DNA from: an uncultured Clostridia bacterium
GTDB lineage: Bacteria; Bacillota; Clostridia; Christensenellales; UBA1242
NCBI GenBank assembly: GCA_944345705.1
Contig: CALVML010000001.1
Location: forward strand, 34,871-98,870
Direction: 5' to 3'
Length of the DNA: 64,000 nt
The stretch's first letter is position 1, and each line of letters begins with the position of its first letter. Shown here in pieces: positions 51,850 to 62,154 of the stretch. Position numbers and translations under genes: made by a program. The notes under the pieces are model-generated. The model had not been told where the DNA came from. It was given only the letters and a program-made list of their open reading frames with translations, and did no database searches.

Positions 51850-52434
51850 CTAAATCTTTTGACTTATTGAAAAGCCATCATCAATGTTATAAAAAGTCGT
51901 TACTAATTCACTATCGTTTTTTAACGCTTCAATAAATTTCTTCATGTTGTTCACCATTGACCTATGTTTATGTGGCACAAAATCACTATTAACATATCCT
52001 AAAAGATTTATATTGTCCGCGAAGATTATTCCTTTTTTATTTAACAACTGCTTTAAATATGGCAAGTATTTTATATACTGTCCTTTTGCGCCGTCTAAAA
52101 ATACAAGGTCAAATTTTTCACCTGATTTTACAAGATTCTGCAGTGTTTCCAAAGCATCTTGATTGAATAATCTTGTTTGTCTTAAGTAGCCCGCCTTTTC
52201 AATATTTTGTTTTGCTAGTTGAAAACGCTCGCTATCTTTTTCTATTGTGTACATTACAACTGAAGCATTATTTTTAAGCATGGCAATTGTTGAGTATCCT
52301 ACAGCTGTACCTATCTCTAAAATTTTCTTAACATCTTCCTTGCGAGATATTTCAAGCAGTTTTTCGAGCGTTTTATCTCTAACAATTGGAACATGATTTT
52401 CTTTTGCATAGATTTTTAACTGTTCTAAATCCAT
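51850..52434 (-). CDS. O-methyltransferase (YrrM/TrmR-like)
   Basis: LEIGTAVGYS, FLDGAKGQY, ADN. Confidence 0.9.
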   Translation of the reverse strand: MDLEQLKIYAKENHVPIVRDKTLEKLLEISRKEDVKKILEIGTAVGYSTIAMLKNNASVVMYTIEKDSERFQLAKQNIEKAGYLRQTRLFNQDALETLQNLVKSGEKFDLVFLDGAKGQYIKYLPYLKQLLNKKGIIFADNINLLGYVNSDFVPHKHRSMVNNMKKFIEALKNDSELVTTFYNIDDGFSISQKI

Positions 52435-52543
52435 TTTTATTTCCTTTTGCTTTTCAATGTATAACTACCATCTGCACATTTGATTTTATATTTTCTAAAT
52501 TAGCCATATCGCATTTTGATAATTACAACAATAAATTACTCTA

Positions 52544-54403
52544 TTAATCAAGTGTAACGATAGTCAAAATCATTGGTCTACGCTTTGTTCTTCTAAATAT
52601 AAAGTTAGATACATTGCGTTTTAGAGAGCTTCTAATTACTGATGGATCAACACCGCGCAGGTCTGACTCTTTTAGTGAAGATATTATGCAAGCCTTAGCA
52701 TCTTGTACAAAACTTTCCTGTTCATCTGCGTATACAACACCACGCGTGATTATAAATGGCTCTCCGCTCACCTCACCTGCAACATTGTTTATATTAACAC
52801 AAACCACACAAATTCCATCTTCTGCAAGTTGTTTTCGTTCTCTAAGAACATTGCTATCCATATCTCCTATGCCGAAACCATCAACTAGACGTTGTCCTGC
52901 CTTAACGTAGCCAACTTCCTTAATAGCATTTGCACTCATTTCAACTTGCATACCAATAGTAGCTAGCAAAATATTTCTCTCAGGCATACCGAGTCGCATA
53001 GCGAGTTCTTTATGTGTCTTTAAGTGCCTATATTCACCATGCACAGGTATAAAGAATTTTGGCTTTACAAGACTATGCATGAGTTTTAATTCCTCTTGGC
53101 ATGCGTGCCCTGAAGTGTGTACATCGGCAAGTTCGTCATAGATGACATCTGCACCAAGTTTGTAAAGAGCATTGATAACATTATAGACATTTTTTTCATT
53201 TCCAGGTATTGGAGAAGCAGAAAGAATAACTAAATCATTCTCTCTTATTTTAAGACTTTTAAACTCGCCCATAGCCATTCTAGTAAGTGCACTCATAGGT
53301 TCGCCTTGACTGCCTGTTGTAAGAATCAATACTTCGTTGTCAGCGAGTTTATCAACCTTTTCAATGTCTATTATATTATCTCTGTTAAAAGATAGTTCTC
53401 CAAGTTTCATAGCAACTTCACTGACATTGACCATACTTCTACCAGTGAATGCAATTTTCCTTTTATATTTTTCTGCTATGTCCATTATCTGTTGCATTCT
53501 GTGGATATTTGACGCAAAAGTAGCAACAATAATTCTATTGTTTGCATGATTTTTAATGATTTCGTCAAGCGCTCGACCAACCGATTTTTCGCTCATAGAA
53601 TAACCTTTTCTGCAAACGTTTGTACTTTCACATAGCAAAAGATTAACACCCTTTCTTCCTATCTCTCCAAGTCTTGGAAGATCAGTCATTTCACCGTCAA
53701 TAGGTTCATAATCAATTTTAAAGTCACCGGTATGAACTACAGTCCCTGCTGGTGTTGTAATACTGAGTGCAAGTGCCCCTGCAATTGAGTGACTAACTTT
53801 TATAAACTCTATAGCAAAATTGCCTATTTTAAGCACGTTGCGCGGTTTTACTGCAATTGCACGATATTTAATATCGGGATATTCTTTCATCTTGTTTTCA
53901 ACAAGAGCCAAAGTCAATCTTGTTCCGTAAATTGGCACATTTATCTGCTGTAAAAAGAAAGGAACTGCACCAATATGATCTTCATGTCCATGAGTAAGCA
54001 GGAGTGCTTTGATTTTAGATTTATTTTCTACTAAGTAGCTTATATCTGGTATAACTATATCAACTCCAGGTAGGTCATCGTCTGGAAAAGTAAGCCCTGC
54101 ATCAACAACGACAATCTCATTGTTATATTCAAATGCTGTCATATTCTTGCCTATTTCTCCAACTCCACCTAGGAATGTTATCTTTAGCTTACCAGAACTT
54201 TTCTTTTCTTTAGATGTTATAACAGCACTAGCTTCTTGATTTGCAACAGGATTGCTTGCAACTTTTTGAGTTGCATTTTCAGGTGCCCTATTTTGTGACC
54301 TTGCTAAATTTGTTCTTTTTGTAGTTCTTTTAACTACAGTTTGACCTTGATTTAAAGTGTTATCGATGTTTTTCGTTATGGTTGTATCTTTTGATTGTAT
54401 CAT
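52544..54403 (-). CDS. rnj: Ribonuclease J
   Basis: LGGVGEIGKN, THGHEDHIG, HTSGHA, PVHGEYRH. Confidence 0.97.
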   Translation of the reverse strand: MIQSKDTTITKNIDNTLNQGQTVVKRTTKRTNLARSQNRAPENATQKVASNPVANQEASAVITSKEKKSSGKLKITFLGGVGEIGKNMTAFEYNNEIVVVDAGLTFPDDDLPGVDIVIPDISYLVENKSKIKALLLTHGHEDHIGAVPFFLQQINVPIYGTRLTLALVENKMKEYPDIKYRAIAVKPRNVLKIGNFAIEFIKVSHSIAGALALSITTPAGTVVHTGDFKIDYEPIDGEMTDLPRLGEIGRKGVNLLLCESTNVCRKGYSMSEKSVGRALDEIIKNHANNRIIVATFASNIHRMQQIMDIAEKYKRKIAFTGRSMVNVSEVAMKLGELSFNRDNIIDIEKVDKLADNEVLILTTGSQGEPMSALTRMAMGEFKSLKIRENDLVILSASPIPGNEKNVYNVINALYKLGADVIYDELADVHTSGHACQEELKLMHSLVKPKFFIPVHGEYRHLKTHKELAMRLGMPERNILLATIGMQVEMSANAIKEVGYVKAGQRLVDGFGIGDMDSNVLRERKQLAEDGICVVCVNINNVAGEVSGEPFIITRGVVYADEQESFVQDAKACIISSLKESDLRGVDPSVIRSSLKRNVSNFIFRRTKRRPMILTIVTLD

Positions 54404-54829
54404 TAATAACAAACCTCCTTTTTTTCAATCAAAATGTTAAACGATATTTATTTTATACCGTAAAAAAACCGTTTTTATCAAGTTAAATTTTTTATGCAGT
54501 TTCATTTGCTTAATTAAAAAATCAACACACAAAAAAACAATTTTTATACATTTTTCCATAAAGAAAATGCATAAAAAATCTAATTTAAATAAAATTTTAT
54601 TTAAAGTAAAATATAATAATTTTTACTTTTACATTCTTTTGTACTTACATTTCTCATTGTTTCATAAAAATGTAAATTATAATTAAAAAGACTTATAGTT
54701 TGATAAATTATCTATCACATTCAACCATTTAATTATACACAAATTGAGAGATGATTAAAGATTTTGAAAATCTAATTTTAAATAAGCCTTAAAAGAAATT
54801 TTAATCTCTTTTATTTAATTAAATAAAAA

Positions 54830-55756
54830 TTAAATTATATACTTTGCATCTTCGATTTTATCAACTTCTTCAAGTTTTTTAGGAGAAAGAATTGTATCAG
54901 TATCCACATAAAATCTCATACCTTGGCTTGAGAAAAATACAACCATTTCAAAAATATGAACAAGTGGAGAAACAAGCGGAAGAATGATGATGATTGAATA
55001 TAATCCAAGAACCATAGATAGTACAATAGCCAAAAGGAAAATTATAAAAGCAGTAGAGAAAACTCGTGCTCCTCTTCTTAAAACAGCTCTCATTCCAATT
55101 CCAAAAGATTTGGCTATATTTTGATTATAGACAACTTTAGCAGGAGCCCAACCAGCATTAAAAGTTTCTTTGAAAGCCATAAGCAAGGATGGTACTATAA
55201 CAAAAGCAAAAGGCATTATATAATCAAATACATAATTATCAACCCTAGTAAGTGCCCACATAGAGAGTAAAATTAAAATATTGAATGGTATAGCATATAA
55301 AACTTTTAGAGAAGAATAGGCAAGTGAAGTTTTTAATGTCTTTAAAAATGTTCCTGTAAAACTTTGCTTTTGACATGATGACATAAAGCCATAAAGCATT
55401 TCACACATAACTACTCTGCCAATATTGAGAAGAAGTGGCAAAAAGTAAAATGTCAATATGCAAAAGTAGATGCCATAACCAACATTTGTAGTAAAGAGAT
55501 CTCTAAAGAATATTAAAACAAAATCAACAGCACTTGTAAGTCCATCAGCAAGGTTAGAACCTAAAAAAATACCTGTATTTGTGACCGATGCAAGACCTGA
55601 TTGATTTATAGCATTTGTAATGATGTCTAAATATTGATTAAAGAAAACACATAGTAATGCAAAATAAATGCCAATAGATAAAATTTGGTAAACTAAAAGT
55701 TTCCAAACTTTATCAAAATTTGCACATAATAATTTTAAAGAGTTTCTAAACATCAT
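54830..55756 (-). CDS. Hypothetical multi-pass membrane protein
   Basis: 308-aa ORF with about 6 hydrophobic segments. Confidence 0.7.
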   Translation of the reverse strand: MMFRNSLKLLCANFDKVWKLLVYQILSIGIYFALLCVFFNQYLDIITNAINQSGLASVTNTGIFLGSNLADGLTSAVDFVLIFFRDLFTTNVGYGIYFCILTFYFLPLLLNIGRVVMCEMLYGFMSSCQKQSFTGTFLKTLKTSLAYSSLKVLYAIPFNILILLSMWALTRVDNYVFDYIMPFAFVIVPSLLMAFKETFNAGWAPAKVVYNQNIAKSFGIGMRAVLRRGARVFSTAFIIFLLAIVLSMVLGLYSIIIILPLVSPLVHIFEMVVFFSSQGMRFYVDTDTILSPKKLEEVDKIEDAKYII

Positions 55757-55874
55757 AATAAAAATACCGATAGTCTTCTCTATTAAAGATTATATAACAT
55801 TTTAATTTCTTTTGCAATCAAATATATAAGTAAAAATGACAAAATTTTAATTTTTATAGTTTTTTTTAGATTTT

Positions 55875-56339
55875 TTACTTAATTTCCAATATTTTATAAA
55901 CTATATAATCTCCATTTAACTTAACTTTAATTTCATCACCCTTTTTGTGACCTAAAAGAGCAGATCCAACTGGCGACATGTTGCTTATGATACCGTTTGC
56001 TGGATCGCTTTCAGTAGAGCCAAGAATTTTATATTCAAGTTCTTCGTCAAATTCTTCATCATAAAGTCTTACAGTTGAGCCTATTTCTACAATCTCTTTA
56101 GAAGATTTTTTGTCATCTACAACTTGACAAGACAAAAGAATATCTTCCATTTCAGATATTTCAGCCTCTACCTGTGCTTGTTCTTCTTTTGCGGCATCAT
56201 ATTCAGAGTTTTCTGAAAGATCACCAAATTCGCGTGCAGTACCTATTTTTTTACTTACTTCAACTCGTCTTACGGTTTTGTAATAATTTAATTTTTCCTC
56301 TAGTTGTTTTTTACCTTCTGGTGTCAAAATATGTGTCAT
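55875..56339 (-). CDS. greA: Transcription elongation factor GreA
   Basis: GDLSENSEYDAAK, ISNMSPVG.ALLG. Confidence 0.97.
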   Translation of the reverse strand: MTHILTPEGKKQLEEKLNYYKTVRRVEVSKKIGTAREFGDLSENSEYDAAKEEQAQVEAEISEMEDILLSCQVVDDKKSSKEIVEIGSTVRLYDEEFDEELEYKILGSTESDPANGIISNMSPVGSALLGHKKGDEIKVKLNGDYIVYKILEIK

Positions 56340-56475
56340 CGCTATCTCCTTTTCTAGTTAAAACTTTTAAAGTTATCAGTATTATATTATACTCATTTTT
56401 TAATAATAAGTCAATGAATTTTAAAATTTTGTATTTTTTTTATTTACTTGCAAAGAATATACATAAGGAGGAAAT

Positions 56476-56952
56476 ATGTTCACTATCATAGCTTTCATTC
56501 TTACTCTGCTTGGCTGTATAAACTGGCTTAGCATTGGACTATTACAGTATGATTTTGTTGCTGGTATTTTTGGCTATCAAGCAAGCGTATTCTCAAGAAT
56601 AATCTATATCATCATTGGCGCTGGTGCATTATTTCTAACTTTTAAATTAATAAAAGGTAAAGGTGTAATTGCGGTATTTAGTAAAAATAATAAAAAGGAC
56701 TTAAAAAAGAATATTGATAAAATAGGTAATAAAGATGAAGAAAATCTAGATCATGCTTATAGCAGAGTAAACGCAAATATTGAAGCAGGACGCGATCTAG
56801 ATGAAAACAGAGATAATCGCAAGCATGACTATAATAATTACTCAAGGCATGATCATATTGATCACTATGACGGCTACACTGACACAAGCCACAATCATCA
56901 TTCGTCAAGTAAAAGTTTATTTGATGAAGAATTTAATGATTACGACAGGTGA
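56476..56952 (+). CDS. DUF378 (YuzA-like) membrane protein with charged C-terminal extension
   Basis: GCINWL.IG....D.VA.IFG....SRIIYIIIG; SD AGGAGG. Confidence 0.85.
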   Translation: MFTIIAFILTLLGCINWLSIGLLQYDFVAGIFGYQASVFSRIIYIIIGAGALFLTFKLIKGKGVIAVFSKNNKKDLKKNIDKIGNKDEENLDHAYSRVNANIEAGRDLDENRDNRKHDYNNYSRHDHIDHYDGYTDTSHNHHSSSKSLFDEEFNDYDR

Positions 56953-57117
56953 TGAAAATGTTTAAATATCTTTCTTTTTTTTATCTTATTTCTTTATTTC
57001 TTGGAAGCCTTTTTTGCAATTTGCTATTTAACCTATTTTAGAAAAATTCCCAAATAAATTATAGTTATTGAGTTGTTAACAAAATATTATTTATATACCA
57101 TTTTTAATTCAAAACTT

Positions 57118-57233
57118 GGTCTCGCAAGCGAGCAAGACGCCATCTGGCGTCTTTTCTTTGAGCCACCAGGCTCAAAGAAACAATCACTTTTTTGCTCTCA
57201 CAAAAAAGTGATGCTCGCTTGCCAAGAGAAACC
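57118..57233. repeat. Perfect four-way-junction palindromic element at the rlmH 3' end
   Basis: Closing stem GCAAGCGAGC/GCTCGCTTGC enclosing three perfect hairpins of 9, 11 and 12 bp. Confidence 0.85.
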
Positions 57234-57241
57234 CCTATATT

Positions 57242-57697
57242 TTATTTGTGATAAGTGCTTCCGCTTATTATCATAAAAGCCCTATATATCTGTTCAACCA
57301 AAACTACCCTAGCGAGATTATGTGGAAGAGTAATTTTGCCGAATGACAATCTAAAGTCAGCCTGCTCCTTCACCTTTTCGCTAACCCCATACGAACCTCC
57401 TATAATAAAAGTGATTTCACTGTTGGAAAGCGAAACTTTTTCAATTTTCTCAGCAAGTTCATTACTCGTCAACTGTTTCCCCTCGATATCAAGCAATATC
57501 TTATATCCTCTAGCAGTCCTTAAGATTTCATCCCCTTCGCCTTCCAGACATTTCTGTTTATCAAATTTCTCCTGCTGTGGCAATTCTAAAATCTTAAGTT
57601 TACAAAATCTAGATACCCTTTTTCCATATTCACTGACAGCATCAATCCAAAATTTTTCTTTTAAAGCACCTACGCATACAATGTTTATATTTATCAT
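57242..57697 (-). CDS. rlmH: 23S rRNA (m3Psi1915) methyltransferase RlmH
   Basis: FIIGGSYG, LPHNLARVVLVEQIYRA, YHK end. Confidence 0.97.
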   Translation of the reverse strand: MININIVCVGALKEKFWIDAVSEYGKRVSRFCKLKILELPQQEKFDKQKCLEGEGDEILRTARGYKILLDIEGKQLTSNELAEKIEKVSLSNSEITFIIGGSYGVSEKVKEQADFRLSFGKITLPHNLARVVLVEQIYRAFMIISGSTYHK

Positions 57698-58839
57698 ATC
57701 ACACCCAATATAAAAGTTAAAATAGTTACAGAAATAGTCAAAACAAATGTCGCAATAAGTAATATTTTTGTCGTCGTATCCATACTTGTTTTTGTATTAT
57801 CTTGCATTAATTTCATGTCTATAGTGCTTGAATTCCCAAGAAAATAATTTGTTTGATGATACATCATGTCGAATTCATCGAATTCCATAAATTCAGCTAG
57901 GTTCTCAGAATTTCCGTCTTGAATTTTTGCTATATCTTTGAAATAAGAGTCACGCAAGAATTGATTAAAAATAACTTGATTTAATTTTGTAACACTCTTA
58001 AGTGATGTTTCTTTAAAAAGTGCCTTTACTAGTGCATTTAAAGCAAATAGAAGTAGGACAATAAGTGCAATAACAAAAACTAGTCCTACAAAAGTATTGT
58101 TGATAAGATTATAGTCTATCCAGGAGAACATAACACCTAAATTTACTCCATGAAAACTAGAATAAGACATCAGCACCCCAATTCCGTTATTAAGAAAATG
58201 AACGATTATGGCAGGATAAATATTGTCTGAAATTATAGTTATATATCCTAAAAAGAAGCCTATAATTGTAGCATAAAAGAACTGTTCAATATTCAAATGT
58301 AAAAGTCCAAATAACAATCCAGTAATGATGATAGCCTTTTTTGCACCAAGCGTTGAAAAAGATTTTAATAGCATTCCTCTATGCGCTGTTTCTTCACAAA
58401 TTCCGGGCAATACCGCAGTAACAATTAGATTTACTATGAATAGCCAAAACGGATAACTTGTCATACTTTGAGAAGTAGTAAAATTATAGCCTAGACTTTC
58501 CAAAATTAAATTGAAGAATGATGCCACGAAGATATTTAGTATATAAACAATTATGCCAATTATAATTGAATAGAAAACCGCTTTCCATGACATTTTTTTA
58601 AAGCCATAAAACTTTAAAACATTCTTTGGCTTTTCCTTTTGTAAAGCAGAAAATAGGAAAACAGAAACTGAGAATAAAAATCCAATTTGAATAAAGGCAT
58701 TTAATATATATTTTGAAGCACTACCAAGAGAATTAAAGAGATTAGTAGAAGACAATATTCGAATCACCGAAAAAAGAACTACAGTTATAAAGTAGCATAT
58801 AGTCGAATTTTTTATTGTCTTAGTTTTAATATATTTCAT
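57694..58839 (-). CDS. CPBP/Abi intramembrane glutamic endopeptidase
   Basis: EETAHRG, FGLLH, HFLNN motifs. Confidence 0.9.
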   Translation of the reverse strand: MKYIKTKTIKNSTICYFITVVLFSVIRILSSTNLFNSLGSASKYILNAFIQIGFLFSVSVFLFSALQKEKPKNVLKFYGFKKMSWKAVFYSIIIGIIVYILNIFVASFFNLILESLGYNFTTSQSMTSYPFWLFIVNLIVTAVLPGICEETAHRGMLLKSFSTLGAKKAIIITGLLFGLLHLNIEQFFYATIIGFFLGYITIISDNIYPAIIVHFLNNGIGVLMSYSSFHGVNLGVMFSWIDYNLINNTFVGLVFVIALIVLLLFALNALVKALFKETSLKSVTKLNQVIFNQFLRDSYFKDIAKIQDGNSENLAEFMEFDEFDMMYHQTNYFLGNSSTIDMKLMQDNTKTSMDTTTKILLIATFVLTISVTILTFILGVI

Positions 58840-59137
58840 CTTAATCCTTTAATAAATTTTGTCGAATTTTGTCATGTCTACTAAAAGTAAATAAACTCAT
58901 AGGACAATTGAAGACCTTTTCAAATAGTCATTAATATTTATATTTTAATTTATCCATCTATATAACTAATTTCAAACTATCGAAACAAAATTTCGAAATA
59001 ATTTCATATTTAAAAATTATGTTCATATTGTCTAGAAATTATCACTCTATTTTCATGCTTATAGAACTATCGGTTTTTTATTAATTAAACTAACAAATGA
59101 TTACTAATTAATATAGTAACAAAATTAAAGTGCTGAT

Positions 59138-60115
59138 TTAAAAATTCATTATAGTGAACATTAGGAAAAATAAAACTGATATACCTATAGATACATAGAA
59201 AACTATTGGTATCTTGCCATTTTCTTTTTCTATATTATCTTTAGATTTATGCTTAAAATAATATCTGTCTAAAAGAAATATACTTAAAATGGTAAGAAGT
59301 AATAAAACAATTGCTATCAAATAGAACCACCATTCTCTAGGCAGTGCCACAGACCAACCTGTCATATTTTGTATGAAAGTTAGCAGTACTACTAAGAAAT
59401 TATTTGTAAAATGAATGATGACTGATGATATTAAAGAGCCTGAACGTACTACAGCCCATGCCATAATTGAACCTAATAAAAATGGATATATCAGTTGTTG
59501 CAAATTTTGATGCATCAATGCAAAGAGTATTGCCGAAATAAATATTGATGCTATATCATTAAACCGCGTTCTTAAACCATTAAGGATAATCCCTCTAAAT
59601 ATAAGTTCTTCACCAATTGCGGGTAATATTGCCAGCACAAAAACAGATAAAAAGAAAGTTCCCCAGCTTGTAGGATTGATACTAGTTGAAGCCATATTAT
59701 AACCAAGTGAAATCAACAAATCATCAATAATAGAGATGAAATATTGAATTCCAAATAAAGAAATCACCCCTACCACAATCATAATCAAATAGGTATGCCA
59801 TTTTAAATTAAATTTAAGATTAATTGCCTTAAAATCTATTTTTTGTATTTTGTTATAAACTAGATATATGCCAAAATAACACAAAATCGAAACTATGCTA
59901 TAGGCAGTCATAAACCACATATTGTCTGTGATAACGCTAGCCTCAATCCCGCGCGCACCTGCAATAACATTTGCTATCATGGAAAAAACTAAAGAAACAA
60001 GGATAGGCAAAATTAAGGCAAACAAAAAAACATTGCCACTATCCTTTAAATTATAAATATTTCTCGAGTATACCACTTGTTCTTTTTTCAAGCTGTTATT
60101 TTCATTATTATTCAT
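59138..60115 (-). CDS. CPBP/Abi intramembrane glutamic endopeptidase
   Basis: EELIFRG, FALMH, HFTNN motifs. Confidence 0.9.
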   Translation of the reverse strand: MNNNENNSLKKEQVVYSRNIYNLKDSGNVFLFALILPILVSLVFSMIANVIAGARGIEASVITDNMWFMTAYSIVSILCYFGIYLVYNKIQKIDFKAINLKFNLKWHTYLIMIVVGVISLFGIQYFISIIDDLLISLGYNMASTSINPTSWGTFFLSVFVLAILPAIGEELIFRGIILNGLRTRFNDIASIFISAILFALMHQNLQQLIYPFLLGSIMAWAVVRSGSLISSVIIHFTNNFLVVLLTFIQNMTGWSVALPREWWFYLIAIVLLLLTILSIFLLDRYYFKHKSKDNIEKENGKIPIVFYVSIGISVLFFLMFTIMNF

Positions 60116-60449
60116 TTTAACACCTAACAAGCATTATACAATATTTCTTCACAAAAGACAAGAAAAGTAAACTAGATATTTAAGAAAAGCTAAATTAGAA
60201 AAACAATAAAAGTCAACAAAACTAAAAACTAAATATAGATACTACGAAAACAAAGTAAGCAAAATATTAAATCGGATAGCAAATTCTTTCATAGATAAGG
60301 CAACCAAAATATTTTTATTTATAGAAGAAAACAATTAAAATTTCTTTAAAGTTATAAATATATAATAGAATAAAAAATAATTTTAAAATTTTAAAAGCCA
60401 AATTTGCTTTCAACTCACTATATAAGTTTAAATAAATTAATTAAAATAC

Positions 60450-60746
60450 CTTCAAACCGCGTGTCGAAAAACACTTAAACTTTGGCAATCAAAGTCGCGA
60501 CTAAATGTTTTAAATAAGGGATACCCGCAAAATCAAAGATTTTGTGAGAAAAGGCAGTTGCCCGAGCGATACCGCGTAAAATTATAAAGTAGTTTTCGCC
60601 TGAGCGTAGTTTGCGACGTTGTTTGCTCGCAAAATCACCCTAAAAATTACAAATGTTAAGGGAACCCGAAAAGAAAACAAATGTTAGGGCGTTAGCTTTT
60701 CGTTTCGCTAAAAAACGAAAACAAGCAACAATGCCATTTTCGCCGA
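60450..60746. repeat. Mosaic of GC-richer hairpin modules related to the tRNA-linked repeat
   Basis: GCAAAATC-AAA-GATTTTGT hairpin, ACCCTAAAAAT...AGGGAACCC module shared with the adjacent units, TTTTCGTTT/AAACGAAAA hairpin. Confidence 0.55.
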
Positions 60747-61058
60747 TGGTGCGGGCGGTGGAAACCCTACCCTAAAAATCTGTCGATTTTCAGGGAACCC
60801 ATGTCTCACCCACTGTGGGTTCGACTCCCACCTTGTTTACATAAAAAAAAGACTTACATATTGCATAAATCTTTTTTTAAAACTTTGACTCTCACTGGTG
60901 CGGGCGGTGGAAACCCTACCCTAAAAATCTGTCGATTTTCAGGGAACCCATGTCTCACCCACTGTGGGTTCGACTCCCACCTTGTTTACATAAAAAAAAG
61001 ACTTACATATCGCATAAATCTTTTTTAAAACTTTGACTCTCACTGGTGCGGGCGGTGG
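60747..61058 (-). repeat. tRNA-linked tandem repeat, 2 units (149/148 bp), each ending in the tRNA 3' 15 nt
   Basis: TGGTGCGGGCGGTGG at 60747, 60896 and 61044; near-identical intervening sequence. Confidence 0.93.
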
Positions 61059-61125
61059 GAGTCGAACCCACACGGTTTCCCACTTGCCCCTTAAACAAGC
61101 GCGTCTGCCATTCCGCCACGCCCGC
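61044..61125 (-). tRNA. tRNA-Leu, anticodon AAG, CCA encoded
   Basis: GCGGGCG acceptor stem, anticodon arm CTTGT-TTAAGGG-GCAAG, variable arm, GTGGG-TTCGACT-CCCAC T arm, ACCA end. Confidence 0.95.
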
Positions 61126-61466
61126 ACATCTTTTTTACTTTACCGCTTTATTATATTTTTATCTTTTAAGTTTGTCAAGTGTTTTTTAAAAAAATCTTTT
61201 CTTTTTTATAAATTCATTGTTTAACATTATATATTTGAAAGCAACAACTTTATCATAATTAATAAAAACTTAAAATTTAAGATAAAGTATTAACACCAAA
61301 ATTTAAATCAATTAATATTTTTTAGTTTTGAATGATATATAATTAAATAATTTTAAAACACGGTATATTGTATCTTGTATGTGCATAATACATACGATAT
61401 ATATTATATTAACAAATTTAGTGAGTCAATCATAAATAAATAAGGGATGATCAAAAAGGAGTTTTT

Positions 61467-61739
61467 ATGAAAAGTATTTTCAACATATTAAATAATCAAT
61501 CAAACAACTATTCCACCATACAAAATTGTCGTGCAGATATTATTGGAGAACTTGAAGCCATAATTCAATATAACGCCCATCTAGAACAAACAGATAACGA
61601 AAAAGCAAAGGAAACTATCAATGATATTATGCTTGAAGAAATGGTTCATGTTGGCCAGCTTTTCGGCTTATTATTTTATCTTAATCCAGAAAGCAAAACA
61701 CAATTCGAAAAAGGCTTAAATGAATTCAACTATAGCTAA
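61467..61739 (+). CDS. Small ferritin-like protein (EncFtn/Flp-like)
   Basis: ELEAI.QY and EE.VHVG di-iron motifs; SD AGGAG. Confidence 0.8.
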   Translation: MKSIFNILNNQSNNYSTIQNCRADIIGELEAIIQYNAHLEQTDNEKAKETINDIMLEEMVHVGQLFGLLFYLNPESKTQFEKGLNEFNYS

Positions 61740-62154
61740 TTGCATAATTAAGCTTAGAAAAATTAGATTTTAAAGTTAGACAATAATTTCATTAAGGAGT
61801 TTGAATAAAAAATTTAAACTTTTTTCTAAGATTATATTTTTATTAATCGACCCGCTTTCAATTTTTAAAAGTTATGATTTAACATATATTTATTGCAACC
61901 ACTCACCTTTTTAAAAACTCTTTACTGAAATAAAAAATGCGCCTTTTAAAAATTTCAAATTTAAAGTGCATTTTGTGCCTAAAATTTCTTAAGACGCATA
62001 TTTGTTGATATTATTGTATGTTTAGCAAAGCACAACAAAACTATATCAGAGCGAAACTAATGTTAATTCAAACAATAATGTCACAATTCATTATGGATTT
62101 GATCAAACTTAATTATAAACAAAGCGAGCAAAACAACATCACCTTGTTTTTATT

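Noticed and set aside
56958-57041. 27-codon hydrophobic ORF after DUF378
   Set aside because: Has an AGGTGA SD, but the hydrophobicity is explained by T-rich DNA; no other support
60801-61224. Short ORFs 60801-61028, 60939-61127, 61033-61224
   Set aside because: Translations of the tRNA and its repeats
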